DNA of 64,000 nt, taken from a virus. Taxonomy: Duplodnaviria; Heunggongvirae; Uroviricota; Caudoviricetes. Numbering within the stretch: position 1 is the stretch's first letter; the number at the start of each line of letters is the position of its first letter. Below, in pieces: positions 9,019-18,627 of this stretch. Location: IMG/VR virus record IMGVR_UViG_3300038443_000660, positions 2,082-66,081 of that record; one strand, 5' to 3'. The notes beneath the pieces were generated by a model that ran no database searches, was not told the origin of the DNA, and saw only the letters and a list, made by a program, of their open reading frames with translations. The position numbers and the translations under genes are program-made.

Positions 9019-11002
9019 TAAATCAGAAAAGATTACTTTACCATCTCCACCTTTGACTGTGTGGGGACGGGATAGATTGCTTGACCAGCAAGAGTCTAAT
9101 AATGGCTCTCACACTTCTGATAAAGAAGCTTTGGCAGAAGAATTACGTAAGCAAAACAAAGAAGCTGTTCGTGAAATACTGGACGAGAATAAGGAAATAT
9201 TTTCTGATATTGTAGACCAATTTAAAGTCTATAGGGATTCGATGAAAAAATCCAATGAGAACTTTTTGGTAAAATTTGGCAAGATTATTGTATCCGATAT
9301 GCAAAAAAAGGCCACTGCATCATTGGTGCAAATGGCAGAAAATAATGATGAACAGATTGATGTTGCCGAAGAAACCAATCTGCGACTTAGACATATCAAT
9401 AACACTTTGAATAGACTTATTTCCCAAGTTATGGAATCTAATAAAATCTTGGAAAAGGGTGAAGAACGAGAAGAACAGAACGACAAAGAAGATAAACGGA
9501 AGAAAAAGAATAAAAAGGAAGATGAAACCGAAGAAAAGCGAGTAGGAAAGCTATATAAAATGATTTTCGGTAAAACACCCGCCGAAATCAGAGAAGAAAA
9601 AAATGCAGAATCTAAAGCCAAAGCTGGCCAAAGAGTCGGTGGATTACTTGGTGTTGGTGGTCTTGTTGAATCTGTTTTGGGCAGTCTTATCAAGTATGGT
9701 GCCTTGGCTGGTGTGGCAGGAACTATTCTAGGACAGGAAAATGTCGGTAAGCTGTTGGATAAGTTGTATCCTGTAGTTCTTGAATTGGTTGATAAAGTAT
9801 ATACAAATTTGTTAGAACCTATTCTTGTTCGTATGAAAGATGGATTGCTAAAATTAATGAAGGAAACTACCGACTCTTTAGGTAAATCATTACTTGGAGT
9901 TGATAGTTTATCTGAAAAGGTATCATCGTTTAATGATACACTAACAAGTATGGATACTGATAAGGATGGCCTTTTAGAAGGCGGCGAAATTATGGAATGG
10001 CTTGCAGGACGAGCAAAAAAGGCAGTAGAAGAAAATTTGTACAGAAAGCCTAAGAATAAGAATGATATCATAAATCTTTTTACCAAGACTCGTGAAGAAC
10101 GTTTGAAAGAACTTGAAGAAGAAAAAAACTTTCAAAAATATTTTGGAGACAAAGGCGAAAATGTTCATCAAGGGCCAGCGCTTAGAGGTCCATATAAAGG
10201 TAAAAATCATAGGCTAGAAGAATATAATCTGCAAAAATATTTTGGCACTGATGGAGAAAAGGTAACACAAGGTGGAACATCTAGAGCAAGTCATATAAAA
10301 CATGATTTGACTTCTGAATATACAACATTGCCCGAAAACAGAACTTATGAAGTACAGCCGGTATCGCCTTTCTTTGATGAACGTGTTGCTAAGGCACAAA
10401 TGGAATATGAAATCAGACAAGAATTTTTGAAAAAGCAATTGGCTAATAACGAAAAAAATACTGGAAAACAGATTAGCGCTGATTCATTACCTCCACCACC
10501 ACAGCAAAAAACACCACCAGATGCGACTCCTCAATACTCTCGTACTTGGGGAGATGTTTTCGATTCAATAAAACCAAGTGAAGAAACGATGAAAACTATG
10601 GGTATATTGACAGTAGCTACCCTTGCTTTTGCTGCATTAAAAAATCCTTCATTGGCATCGAAGCTACTAGGTGCTGGTCTTTTGGGGGCCACGATGGGCG
10701 AAGCATCGGCTTCTGAAAAGAGAAATGCCGTAACATCGATGTTTGGCCCAACGGTCCACGTTCAATCACAAGAGGAAGAAATTGGTAGTTATATCGGTGG
10801 GTTAGTCAAACCTCCTATTTCCGATAAAACAATCAAGATGAAAAAATCATCCGACCTTAATACTTCCAAAGGTTCGTCCCCTATTATCATCAACAAAAAT
10901 GATAATTCCAGAACTTCTATTAATTCTGTGAATAGTTCTGGCGGCGGGCGAGGTAATGACCTTCCCAGAACGAGAAATTCTCGACCAGCTTTCGGCAATT
11001 AG
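8990..11002 (+). CDS. Putative gp29-like baseplate hub/tape-measure protein
   Basis: 670 aa, helical and charged with Gly/Leu hydrophobic stretches, directly after gp26-gp51; assigned by synteny and composition. Confidence 0.55.
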   Translation: MSNEDNNSNSKSEKITLPSPPLTVWGRDRLLDQQESNNGSHTSDKEALAEELRKQNKEAVREILDENKEIFSDIVDQFKVYRDSMKKSNENFLVKFGKIIVSDMQKKATASLVQMAENNDEQIDVAEETNLRLRHINNTLNRLISQVMESNKILEKGEEREEQNDKEDKRKKKNKKEDETEEKRVGKLYKMIFGKTPAEIREEKNAESKAKAGQRVGGLLGVGGLVESVLGSLIKYGALAGVAGTILGQENVGKLLDKLYPVVLELVDKVYTNLLEPILVRMKDGLLKLMKETTDSLGKSLLGVDSLSEKVSSFNDTLTSMDTDKDGLLEGGEIMEWLAGRAKKAVEENLYRKPKNKNDIINLFTKTREERLKELEEEKNFQKYFGDKGENVHQGPALRGPYKGKNHRLEEYNLQKYFGTDGEKVTQGGTSRASHIKHDLTSEYTTLPENRTYEVQPVSPFFDERVAKAQMEYEIRQEFLKKQLANNEKNTGKQISADSLPPPPQQKTPPDATPQYSRTWGDVFDSIKPSEETMKTMGILTVATLAFAALKNPSLASKLLGAGLLGATMGEASASEKRNAVTSMFGPTVHVQSQEEEIGSYIGGLVKPPISDKTIKMKKSSDLNTSKGSSPIIINKNDNSRTSINSVNSSGGGRGNDLPRTRNSRPAFGN

Positions 11003-11008
11003 TATTAG

Positions 11009-11015
11009 CTAAATA
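11009..11015 (+). promoter_or_regulatory. Late promoter variant CTAAATA for gp2-terL
   Basis: Immediately upstream of the gp2 ATG. Confidence 0.45.
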
Positions 11016-11020
11016 CTTGT

Positions 11021-11641
11021 ATGAGTTCAAAAACTATACAACGAATTATGGAAGATGCGATTCGAAAGAATCAACTTTTCACAAGAAATGAAGAATCTAG
11101 GCGCTGGTTTTACGAGCGTACTAGGCGTACCAACATTAATTCTGCCCAATTTATTCGTGAATATGACCAATCTGATATGAGAACTACTTCTCAAATACAA
11201 ATTGGCTGTATGTATTGTTTTTTGTATGACCCTAAATGGAAAGATGAACTTCCGTATTACGATAGATTTCCATTGATTTTTATTACTGATACATGGGTTG
11301 ATAAAAGTGGAAAAGCACATTTCGCAGGCATCAATATGCATTACCTCCCTTATAAGCAACGTGCCGCTTTGATGGATGCTTTACTTGATTTGCAAAATAA
11401 TACGACAATACTTTCAAATAAGAAACTGTTGATTTCATATGGTATTATGAAAAAGGCAGCAACATCAAAATGGTTTGCTCCTACATATAAACGATATTTG
11501 AAAAACCATGTTAGATCGAGATTAGTCAAGATTCCATATGAAGAATGGATAATTGCTTCACTCATGCCCGTAGCAGAATTTTCTAAAGCTTCTCAAAAAG
11601 ATGTGTGGAAGGATTCGTTAAAGAAGACTAAAGGTAGATAG
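11021..11641 (+). CDS. gp2: DNA end-protector protein gp2
   Basis: IGCMYCFLYDPKWKDELPYYDRFPLIF...GINMHYLP...KRYLKNHVRS...W..A..MP. Confidence 0.92.
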   Translation: MSSKTIQRIMEDAIRKNQLFTRNEESRRWFYERTRRTNINSAQFIREYDQSDMRTTSQIQIGCMYCFLYDPKWKDELPYYDRFPLIFITDTWVDKSGKAHFAGINMHYLPYKQRAALMDALLDLQNNTTILSNKKLLISYGIMKKAATSKWFAPTYKRYLKNHVRSRLVKIPYEEWIIASLMPVAEFSKASQKDVWKDSLKKTKGR

Positions 11642-11646
11642 TATAA

Positions 11647-12036
11647 ATGGCATATAATGGTATTCCTTATCTTAGAGGACCGAATGAAGCGATAGATTAT
11701 GACTTAACCATGCGTGAAGAACTTCGTAAATGTGCGAAGTCATACAAATACTTTGTTGAAAATTACATTAAAATTGACGACAATTCTGGTTCTCTTAAGG
11801 TAATTCAGCTTTACGATTATCAAAAAAATCTTCTAAACATCGTCCATAACAATAAAATGACCGTCTGTAAGTTCCCTCGGCAATGCGGTAAGTGCTTGAA
11901 ATATAACACTAATTTGGAATTAAAAAATACCGGGGAAATTCATAAATTAGATGAATCGCTAAATAGAAATGAAACAATAACCATTTCTATTGGAGATTTA
12001 TTTGAACAAGCAAAGGCTGCATATAAGAAAGTGTAA
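11647..12036 (+). CDS. gp17: Terminase large subunit, N-extein (82 aa) fused to split-intein N-fragment
   Basis: ELRKCAKSYKYFVENY...LYDYQK...KFPRQCGK followed by intein block A CLKYNT, then TAA. Confidence 0.92.
   Translation: MAYNGIPYLRGPNEAIDYDLTMREELRKCAKSYKYFVENYIKIDDNSGSLKVIQLYDYQKNLLNIVHNNKMTVCKFPRQCGKCLKYNTNLELKNTGEIHKLDESLNRNETITISIGDLFEQAKAAYKKV
11893..12033 (+). mobile_element. Split intein N-fragment (47 aa)
   Basis: Begins at Cys right after Walker A GK; ends ITISIGDLFEQ, resembling atypical TerL IntN fragments. Confidence 0.88.
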
Positions 12037-12805
12037 GATATGTGACGTAGTGTTTGATGCACATCGAAAATTACAAATTATTTGTACGAATCCAGAATGT
12101 CGTCGTCAATTTAATTTGAATAACATTGCAGACAAAGTGAAACAAAAAAATAACAAGAAATTTGAAAATTCTATAAAGGATGAAGATTATGTTGAATGTT
12201 TATATTGTGGATTAAAGGCGAGAGATTTAACGAAACATATTTTTAATATACATAAAATTCCTGTTTGTGAATATACGGGAAAAACAAGGTGTGACAATTA
12301 TTTAAATAAACAGTCAGAAAGAATAAGGGGAAATAAAAATCCTGCTTACAATCATGGGGGAAAACTTTCACCGTTTTCGAAAAAGTTCATATACGCTGAC
12401 ACGGTAGATTTATCTTCGATTTATAATGTGGGGTCTATTAGTTCTAAAATTGAGCGACAATTTTCAAGAAGATTAAGCAGTGTCCTTCCCAATATACAGA
12501 AACAGTTCTTTTTAAAGATAGATACTGGATTTTTTATATATGACATTAAGTATTGTAATAAAATCATCGAGTTCAATGGTGATTATTGGCATATGAATCC
12601 AAATAAATATCCGGCGAAAACTATTTTTAGACATATTTCTAAAAGTGACGAAGTTATATTGGCAGAAGATGTGTGGAAAAAGGATAAAGTTAAAATACAA
12701 GTTGCGAAAACTAATGGGTATGAAGTTATGATTGTGTGGGAACACGATTATCGTAAAAATAAAGAAGAAACTATAAAGAAATGCTTAAACTTTCTGACAG
12801 CATAG
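12002..12805 (+). mobile_element. Free-standing Vsr-like (PD-(D/E)xK) homing endonuclease with N-terminal Zn-finger motifs
   Basis: CKIC..CTNPEC, CLYC...H...H; C-term YDIKY..KIIEFNGDYWH...D..K...A...GYEV..VWEHD; GGAG-6nt-TTG at 12002; lies in the +1 frame relative to both terL halves. Confidence 0.85.
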
Positions 12806-13149
12806 AACGAAAATTTGTCGAATCTTATCCTTGTGAAGTAGATGTTAAAACTGACACAGGATGGGAAAAATCAGTAATGATTCATAAAACCATACCTTAT
12901 GAAGTGTGGGAACTTCATTTAGAAGATGGAAAAATGTTGGAATGTGCAGATGACCATATCGTTTTTACTGAAAATTTAGAAGAAGTTTTTGTCAAAAATC
13001 TTCATGAAACTGCTTACGTAATGACAGAAGATGGTCCCAAAATGGTAACTTCTGTTAAGAATACAGGCAAATATGAAAATATGTACGATTTAGAATTAAA
13101 TGATGGTTCGTTTCATAGATATTATACAAACGGTATTCTTTCCCATAAT
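12781..13149 (+). mobile_element. Split intein C-fragment (123 aa)
   Basis: Block B CADDHIV, block F MYDLEL, block G YYTNGILSHN followed by Thr+1. Confidence 0.92.
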
Positions 13150-14496
13150 ACAACCTCTATGGCCTGTTATATTGTGTGGTGTATTATTTTTCGTAAAAGA
13201 TACAAGGTTGGTGTTGCTGCCGATAAGGACGAGACGGCGCTGGAAATTATCGACCGTATCAAGACTGCATATGAAGGGCTTCCATACTGGATGCAGCAAG
13301 GCGTCAAAAAATGGGACGCTCACAAGGTTCTGTTGGAAAATGGTTCTAAGGTGGATGCTTCTGCTACTACCAAGAAAACGTTCCGTGGTAAAACATACAA
13401 TTTAGTTCTTCTAGACGAATTTGCGTTCGTGGACCAGAACATCGCTGACCCTTTTTTTACTTCAATTTACCCTACGGTTTCCAAGTCTGACCCAACCATT
13501 CCGATTCCATTACAGACAAAGATGGTTATCATCTCTACTCCTAATGGATTGAACCACTTTCATAAATTATATGATGATGCTGATAAAGGAAAATCTGATT
13601 TCAAGGCTGTTGAAATTAGATGGAATGATGTTCCCGGTCGTGACGATAAATTTAAAGAAGCTACGTTAAGAAATATTGGCGAAGATCGGTGGGAACAAGA
13701 ATACAACGGCAGCTTTCTTGGTTCGTCCACTTCTCTTGTCCCTGCATCTAAACTGAAAACGTTGGTATTTTCAGAACCAAGGGAATCATTACAAGATATC
13801 TCTATCTGGAAACCACCAGTACAAGGACATACTTATTTTATTTCCTGTGACGTATGCCAAGGTAAGGGATTGGACTATCACGCCGCTTCTGTTATTGACA
13901 TTACCGCTGTCCCATATGAAGTGGTAGCCAATTTTCATAACAATACGTTGGATACGATGATGTATCCATCTGTAATATTTGAGTTGGCTAAGAAATATAA
14001 TGAGGCTTTTGTGCTAATCGAGTTGAATAACAATGGTAAGCAAGTTTCGGATATTCTATACTATGAATTAGAATATGAAAATGTTCTATCAACCATGACT
14101 AGAGGTAGAGCCGGTCAAGTTTTGACGGTTGAATCATCGACCGCTAAAGGCGTTACTATGACCAAACCGGTCAAATCGACCGGTTGTTCCAATTTGAAAT
14201 CGTTGATTATGTCTGACCAACTTATCTTGAATGATCACAAATATTTGAAAGAATTGTCAACATTCTCCATTCAAGGTGGACAATACAAGGCCGAAAACGG
14301 TTCTCATGACGATATGGTTATGAGTCTAGTCACATTTTCATGGGCGACTACAGAAACATATTTTGCTGACCTTCTGGATGTCAATATTCGTCAAGAATTG
14401 TTCGAACAAAGAATCAAGCAACTTGAGGAAGATTTGATTCCTTTTGGTGTTCTTGGCAACATGGCGGCGGAAGACGAAGACGAATTGATGTTCTAA
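12781..14496 (+). CDS. gp17: Split-intein C-fragment (123 aa) fused to terminase large subunit C-extein
   Basis: ...ILSHN/TTSMACY...RGKTYNLVLLDEFAF...IISTPNGLNHF...WEQEYNGSF...DVCQGKGLDY...HDDMVMSL. Confidence 0.95.
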   Translation: MLKLSDSIERKFVESYPCEVDVKTDTGWEKSVMIHKTIPYEVWELHLEDGKMLECADDHIVFTENLEEVFVKNLHETAYVMTEDGPKMVTSVKNTGKYENMYDLELNDGSFHRYYTNGILSHNTTSMACYIVWCIIFRKRYKVGVAADKDETALEIIDRIKTAYEGLPYWMQQGVKKWDAHKVLLENGSKVDASATTKKTFRGKTYNLVLLDEFAFVDQNIADPFFTSIYPTVSKSDPTIPIPLQTKMVIISTPNGLNHFHKLYDDADKGKSDFKAVEIRWNDVPGRDDKFKEATLRNIGEDRWEQEYNGSFLGSSTSLVPASKLKTLVFSEPRESLQDISIWKPPVQGHTYFISCDVCQGKGLDYHAASVIDITAVPYEVVANFHNNTLDTMMYPSVIFELAKKYNEAFVLIELNNNGKQVSDILYYELEYENVLSTMTRGRAGQVLTVESSTAKGVTMTKPVKSTGCSNLKSLIMSDQLILNDHKYLKELSTFSIQGGQYKAENGSHDDMVMSLVTFSWATTETYFADLLDVNIRQELFEQRIKQLEEDLIPFGVLGNMAAEDEDELMF

Positions 14497-14675
14497 TTGA
14501 ACCAAGTCACTCTTGCCATCAACACGGATTTATCCGTATCTTTCATGGCTTCCGCTTTCTTTTCCGTAGGACCATGCCAGTGGAACGTGTATTCCATTTT
14601 GTTCTTGTTTAGATAGTAGATAAGATTATCAAGCTTTTCAATATTCTTATTGGTGAAGGTTCGAATCTGGTGCAT
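14493..14675 (-). CDS. Hypothetical protein
   Basis: 60 aa, convergent with terL. Confidence 0.5.
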   Translation of the reverse strand: MHQIRTFTNKNIEKLDNLIYYLNKNKMEYTFHWHGPTEKKAEAMKDTDKSVLMARVTWFN

Positions 14676-15069
14676 TTTGACCTGTATTGATTATAGCTAC
14701 GGTTTTAGTGCCTGCATTATTGTAGGCAGCAAATTTTTCAAAGAATAGTCCCGAAAATGTAGCCATTTGGGCTACAAAGAATGATTTTATCGTTATATCT
14801 TCAAAGGGACAATCATCGTCAACCATTATTCCTATAGCAGTATTATCTTCATCTTGCAATGAAAAAAATGTAAAATCAATGTCTTTTTGAATAGAATTAC
14901 AGTTCTTTATAGTTCCGAGAATACCTTTTTCGATTATAGGAACTACACGGTCATCTTTGCCAGAATATTCGGCAATGATAATTACTCGCTTGTTATTGTA
15001 CTGTTGTAGAGTTTTCATGTATTTGGTATTGCTTTTATTTGTTTTCTTAGGCATATACTTGCACTCCAA
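14647..15069 (-). CDS. Hypothetical protein
   Basis: 140 aa; start uncertain. Confidence 0.55.
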   Translation of the reverse strand: MECKYMPKKTNKSNTKYMKTLQQYNNKRVIIIAEYSGKDDRVVPIIEKGILGTIKNCNSIQKDIDFTFFSLQDEDNTAIGIMVDDDCPFEDITIKSFFVAQMATFSGLFFEKFAAYNNAGTKTVAIINTGQNAPDSNLHQ

Positions 15070-15091
15070 TGCGAGTTGTACTAATTACTAT

Positions 15092-15763
15092 TTATTGGTT
15101 ATATAATTCCTGATATTTGACTCGTAACTTAGCAAAATCTAAGAGTTTATCTTTAGTTGAACCACGAAAAACTTGAAGTTCACCAAATTCGTCCACGATT
15201 AAAATACGATATTTTCTAATGGGTATACCGGTTCGTTCGAACCACATTCGGGCGTATACACATGCCTGCATTCTGTAATTTTCGATATATTTTTCTTTCT
15301 TGGGCTTAGTTGTACCCTTGTAGTCCACAATTTCTAGTTCATCAAAATAACCAATCAAATCCGTTCGTCCAGCAACTTTAAGGGTTGATGACCACAATGG
15401 TGTTTCAATGCAAACCGCATTTTTCATATTTTGTGACAGATGCGCTTTAAGAGGATTGAATAACGACCGGTAGAAGTGAGATGGTGGAATGACTTCCTTA
15501 CCAGCAACGTGGTCCTCCATCATTTGATGGATGATATTACCCCTATCGGCAGCACGTTTCTTGATAAATTCTGCCCTTTCTTCTCCCTCACGCTTTTTCC
15601 ATTTTTCAATAGCTTCCTTGGAATTCAAGGATAATACTGTTGTAACTGATGGAAACTTACCATCGGGAGAAAGATAAAATCGTTGACCATTCTCATGCAC
15701 AGTCTCAATATCAGGTAGAGACTGTGCAGCTTCCAATACATGTTGGAAATCTATAGTAGACAT
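15092..15763 (-). CDS. PD-(D/E)xK exonuclease (Cas4/lambda-exonuclease-like)
   Basis: FPSVTTVL...W...RGNIIH...AGRTDLIG...IVDYKGT...Y..QACVYA. Confidence 0.85.
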   Translation of the reverse strand: MSTIDFQHVLEAAQSLPDIETVHENGQRFYLSPDGKFPSVTTVLSLNSKEAIEKWKKREGEERAEFIKKRAADRGNIIHQMMEDHVAGKEVIPPSHFYRSLFNPLKAHLSQNMKNAVCIETPLWSSTLKVAGRTDLIGYFDELEIVDYKGTTKPKKEKYIENYRMQACVYARMWFERTGIPIRKYRILIVDEFGELQVFRGSTKDKLLDFAKLRVKYQELYNQ

Positions 15764-15780
15764 ATTATACTTTCGTGTAT

Positions 15781-16569
15781 TTAGTTAGTGCCTATTTCAG
15801 ATTCAGCGATAATGTACTCACGAACAAATCCGCTTCTTACAATATCATCAATCGTAAATTTTACTCTATACACAGATTCCATTTTTTGCAAGATTTGTTT
15901 TAATCTAGAAAACCCGGATTGTTCTTTGTATCGTTCCGAAGTCAAGTCATCCTGAAAAGAGTCACCACAAATAATGACTTTGCAATTTTCACCAACTCTG
16001 GTCAAAACAGTATTAATTTCGGACATTGCCAAATTTTGCGCTTCATCCAAGATAATGATACAATCCCGAAATGTAGTTCCTCTAAGGAATGACGTTGGCT
16101 GAAACTCGATAACTTTTTGCTTGGTCAAAACTTCGTAAGCATCCGCCCGTCCAAATAATTCAGAACAAATCGAGATGTAGGGTGCTTCGAATACTTTTGT
16201 TTTTTCCTTTGCAGACCCCGGCATAAAGCCGATATCTCGTGAACTAACAGCGGACCTTACGATAATTAATTGTTTATATTCAGTTTTTTTGGATAAAATG
16301 GTTTTGAGTGACAGATATAATGCTAGAAATGATTTGCCGGTTCCGGGAGAACCTTCCAAGAAAAGATTGTAATCTTTCTTGTATGCATCAAATACTTTGC
16401 GCTGATTATCTGTCTTTGGTGTTACTTCATTTGGTAGGGAAAACTGTATAAATTGCGGTGTTTCTTCTCTCTTTTTTGATTTAGAACCATTCGGTCCTCG
16501 TTTGACTGTCTTTTTATATTTTTTCGTTTCTAGACTTGCTTCGTCAAAGAAATCTTGGATGCTCTGCAA
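15781..16569 (-). CDS. phoH: PhoH family ATPase
   Basis: PKTDNQ...GSPGTGKSFLA...RSAV...GFMPG...LRGTTF...ILDEAQN...TRVGENCKVIICGD..Q.D. Confidence 0.95.
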   Translation of the reverse strand: MQSIQDFFDEASLETKKYKKTVKRGPNGSKSKKREETPQFIQFSLPNEVTPKTDNQRKVFDAYKKDYNLFLEGSPGTGKSFLALYLSLKTILSKKTEYKQLIIVRSAVSSRDIGFMPGSAKEKTKVFEAPYISICSELFGRADAYEVLTKQKVIEFQPTSFLRGTTFRDCIIILDEAQNLAMSEINTVLTRVGENCKVIICGDSFQDDLTSERYKEQSGFSRLKQILQKMESVYRVKFTIDDIVRSGFVREYIIAESEIGTN

Positions 16570-16638
16570 TTTATAAATGTTCCCCTATTGTTTTTATTGT
16601 TGGTTGTGCTTTTGGGATAGATTAGATGGTTCTATGTA

Positions 16639-16884
16639 CTAAATTTCACCAAGGTTGTTCGACTTCGGAATAGTAGAACCGTAGTTGTTCTCTCTGATGC
16701 GGTTCAGCATGTTCTTGAAGCCGTTATCGACCTTAATTCCACCAATCCCGGAAATCATGGTCATGTTTGTTAAAACTTGTCTTAACTCTTTATGTTGTTC
16801 AACATATTCTTGGTGTTCAGAGAGGGATAATTCAATAGTATGTTCTTCGCCAGTTTCGATATTTTCAAATGTGTAGAACGGCAT
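16639..16884 (-). CDS. FmdB-like small protein commonly upstream of phoH in T4-like phages
   Basis: MPFYTFENIETGEE...GFKNMLNRI. Confidence 0.6.
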   Translation of the reverse strand: MPFYTFENIETGEEHTIELSLSEHQEYVEQHKELRQVLTNMTMISGIGGIKVDNGFKNMLNRIRENNYGSTIPKSNNLGEI

Positions 16885-16927
16885 TAATTTTCCTAATTTG
16901 TTGTATTCTCTTACTATTATTTATGTT

Positions 16928-17533
16928 TTATGACCAGTCAACCCAAGATGGAATTCTATTAGGTGAGAACATTCTATCAGAAGAATTGTAGATAAAGTTT
17001 CCAGCTTTTATGTTCATACCATCCAATACCACTTCGAAAACAAAACATCTGTTTACTTTATCGGCAAAAACGGCATCACTTTCGAGTGAATACACGTTGG
17101 CGTTGTCTTTATCTGAACACAAAATTTTATTAGTTCCGGTTGTACTATTCCCCATAGCGCCAACAATTTTAAAATGACAAAGGAAATGAAACACGTAATT
17201 TGATATATCAATCAAACTTTTATCGTCTTGTTTATTATTTCTGGCAAACTTTATCAAATCACAATAACCAAATAAATTCGTGATTTTGACAATCGGCAAT
17301 AATGCAGCAGATTTCGAAAGAACAAAATGTTTCTTTCCATCATAATCAGCATCAAGTTCATTATCAAATGATAGAAAAAAAGCGCCTTCTGTATCTTCGG
17401 TGCCAGCCAAGGTTTTTTTGGAAGCATTCATCAATTCCAATGTAGGAAATTGACCATCGAATGACAGAACAGTAAATGTTTTATCATCCGGGATGTCCCA
17501 TTGGTTAAGTCTTTTGATTACGGATTTACTCAT
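16928..17533 (-). CDS. Hypothetical protein
   Basis: 201 aa, ends RIPSWVDWS. Confidence 0.6.
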   Translation of the reverse strand: MSKSVIKRLNQWDIPDDKTFTVLSFDGQFPTLELMNASKKTLAGTEDTEGAFFLSFDNELDADYDGKKHFVLSKSAALLPIVKITNLFGYCDLIKFARNNKQDDKSLIDISNYVFHFLCHFKIVGAMGNSTTGTNKILCSDKDNANVYSLESDAVFADKVNRCFVFEVVLDGMNIKAGNFIYNSSDRMFSPNRIPSWVDWS

Positions 17534-18069
17534 TATTCACACCATGAGGGGATTTTATATATTGTGTTGGTGGTTGTGTTGGCAATTATACGAACCAGAT
17601 TCGTTTGGTTTTTATCAAAATCAAAAGACCATTCCATGACTATACAGTCACCATCTTGAAACGGTAGGTTTATTTGTTCATGATTGTTTTCAACTCTTAT
17701 TTTAATCGCTCTGTTATTTACATCTTTAAAGTAATAATTCAAAGAAGATGACCCAGAAATTAAAACACGTCTATGTGATTTCAAATGTACCAACATATGA
17801 ATTGGTCTATCTAACTCTAAATTACATACATTGTTTATTATTTCTTTCTTAGATAATACTTGAAGCAATAATGATTCTTTTAAAATAAAATGATTCCAAG
17901 TGTTATGTGTTCTTACAGCATACGTATCTTTCAATTCCTTAGCATGGATAAAATCCTTAACCATTGGTTTGGAAGGATATTTGGGCAAGAACGCTGTATC
18001 TAAATAAAACGATATTTTCTTGTTGAGCGGTATCATAGTAATCGGTGGACGCATATTATAAATACTCAT
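17533..18069 (-). CDS. Hypothetical protein
   Basis: 178 aa, ends KIPSWCE. Confidence 0.6.
   Translation of the reverse strand: MSIYNMRPPITMIPLNKKISFYLDTAFLPKYPSKPMVKDFIHAKELKDTYAVRTHNTWNHFILKESLLLQVLSKKEIINNVCNLELDRPIHMLVHLKSHRRVLISGSSSLNYYFKDVNNRAIKIRVENNHEQINLPFQDGDCIVMEWSFDFDKNQTNLVRIIANTTTNTIYKIPSWCE
18057..18064 (+). promoter_or_regulatory. Late promoter TATAAATA for the SleB-like hydrolase
   Basis: Exact motif 44 nt upstream of ATG. Confidence 0.7.
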
Positions 18070-18107
18070 AGAAATGTTTTATATAATCATAAAGGGAAAT
18101 ATTAAAA

Positions 18108-18566
18108 ATGTCAACCCCAATATCAGCCGCTGATTTAGATGCGGTGGTCAGAACTATTTACGGTGAAGCTAGAGGCGAATCTGAAAAAGGAATGATCGCT
18201 GTAGCATATGTAATCAAGAATCGTACAGAAGACAAGCGTTGGCCTTCATCACCAGAAAAAGTTGTCAAACAAAAATATCAATTTTCATCATGGAATGCAA
18301 ATGATGCTAATCTGAAAGTGATTACGTCTCTGTCTCCAAATTCGGCTTTCTATAAGAACATTGCCAATATCGTCAAATCGGTATGGGCCGGTTCGGTAAC
18401 AGACCCCACAAATGGTTCGGTATATTATTTTGCCCCTGCTGGAATGCCCGGACGCAAGGCCCCAAAGTGGTGGCCAGACGCTGTAGCGGAATCCAAGGGA
18501 CAAATTCAAATCGGCAATCATTTCTTTGCTGGTAAGGTAAATACCGCAACTACATCAAAGAAATAA
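18108..18566 (+). CDS. SleB/Hydrolase_2 cell-wall hydrolase, possible endolysin
   Basis: RTIYGEARGES.KGMIAVAYVIKNR...YQFSSW...DPTNGSVYY...IGNHFF. Confidence 0.92.
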   Translation: MSTPISAADLDAVVRTIYGEARGESEKGMIAVAYVIKNRTEDKRWPSSPEKVVKQKYQFSSWNANDANLKVITSLSPNSAFYKNIANIVKSVWAGSVTDPTNGSVYYFAPAGMPGRKAPKWWPDAVAESKGQIQIGNHFFAGKVNTATTSKK

Positions 18567-18567
18567 G

Positions 18568-18596
18568 TTGATTTTCTTTTTGTTTTCATATACAAT
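18568..18596 (+). promoter_or_regulatory. Sigma70-type promoter
   Basis: TTGATT-N17-TACAAT upstream of DUF550. Confidence 0.5.
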
Positions 18597-18627
18597 TACC
18601 TATTCAACGTAACACTGGAATAGAAAT

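Noticed and set aside
11990-12805. Single cis-intein with an internal endonuclease read by programmed frameshifts
   Set aside because: It would need two compensating shifts; the endonuclease has its own SD-TTG, IntC has its own Met, and the layout matches known fractured genes. It cannot be fully excluded without peptide data
15092-15763. Cas4 as evidence of a CRISPR adaptation module
   Set aside because: A solo PD-(D/E)xK exonuclease common in T4-like phages; no cas1/cas2 or array, and no Fe-S cysteines
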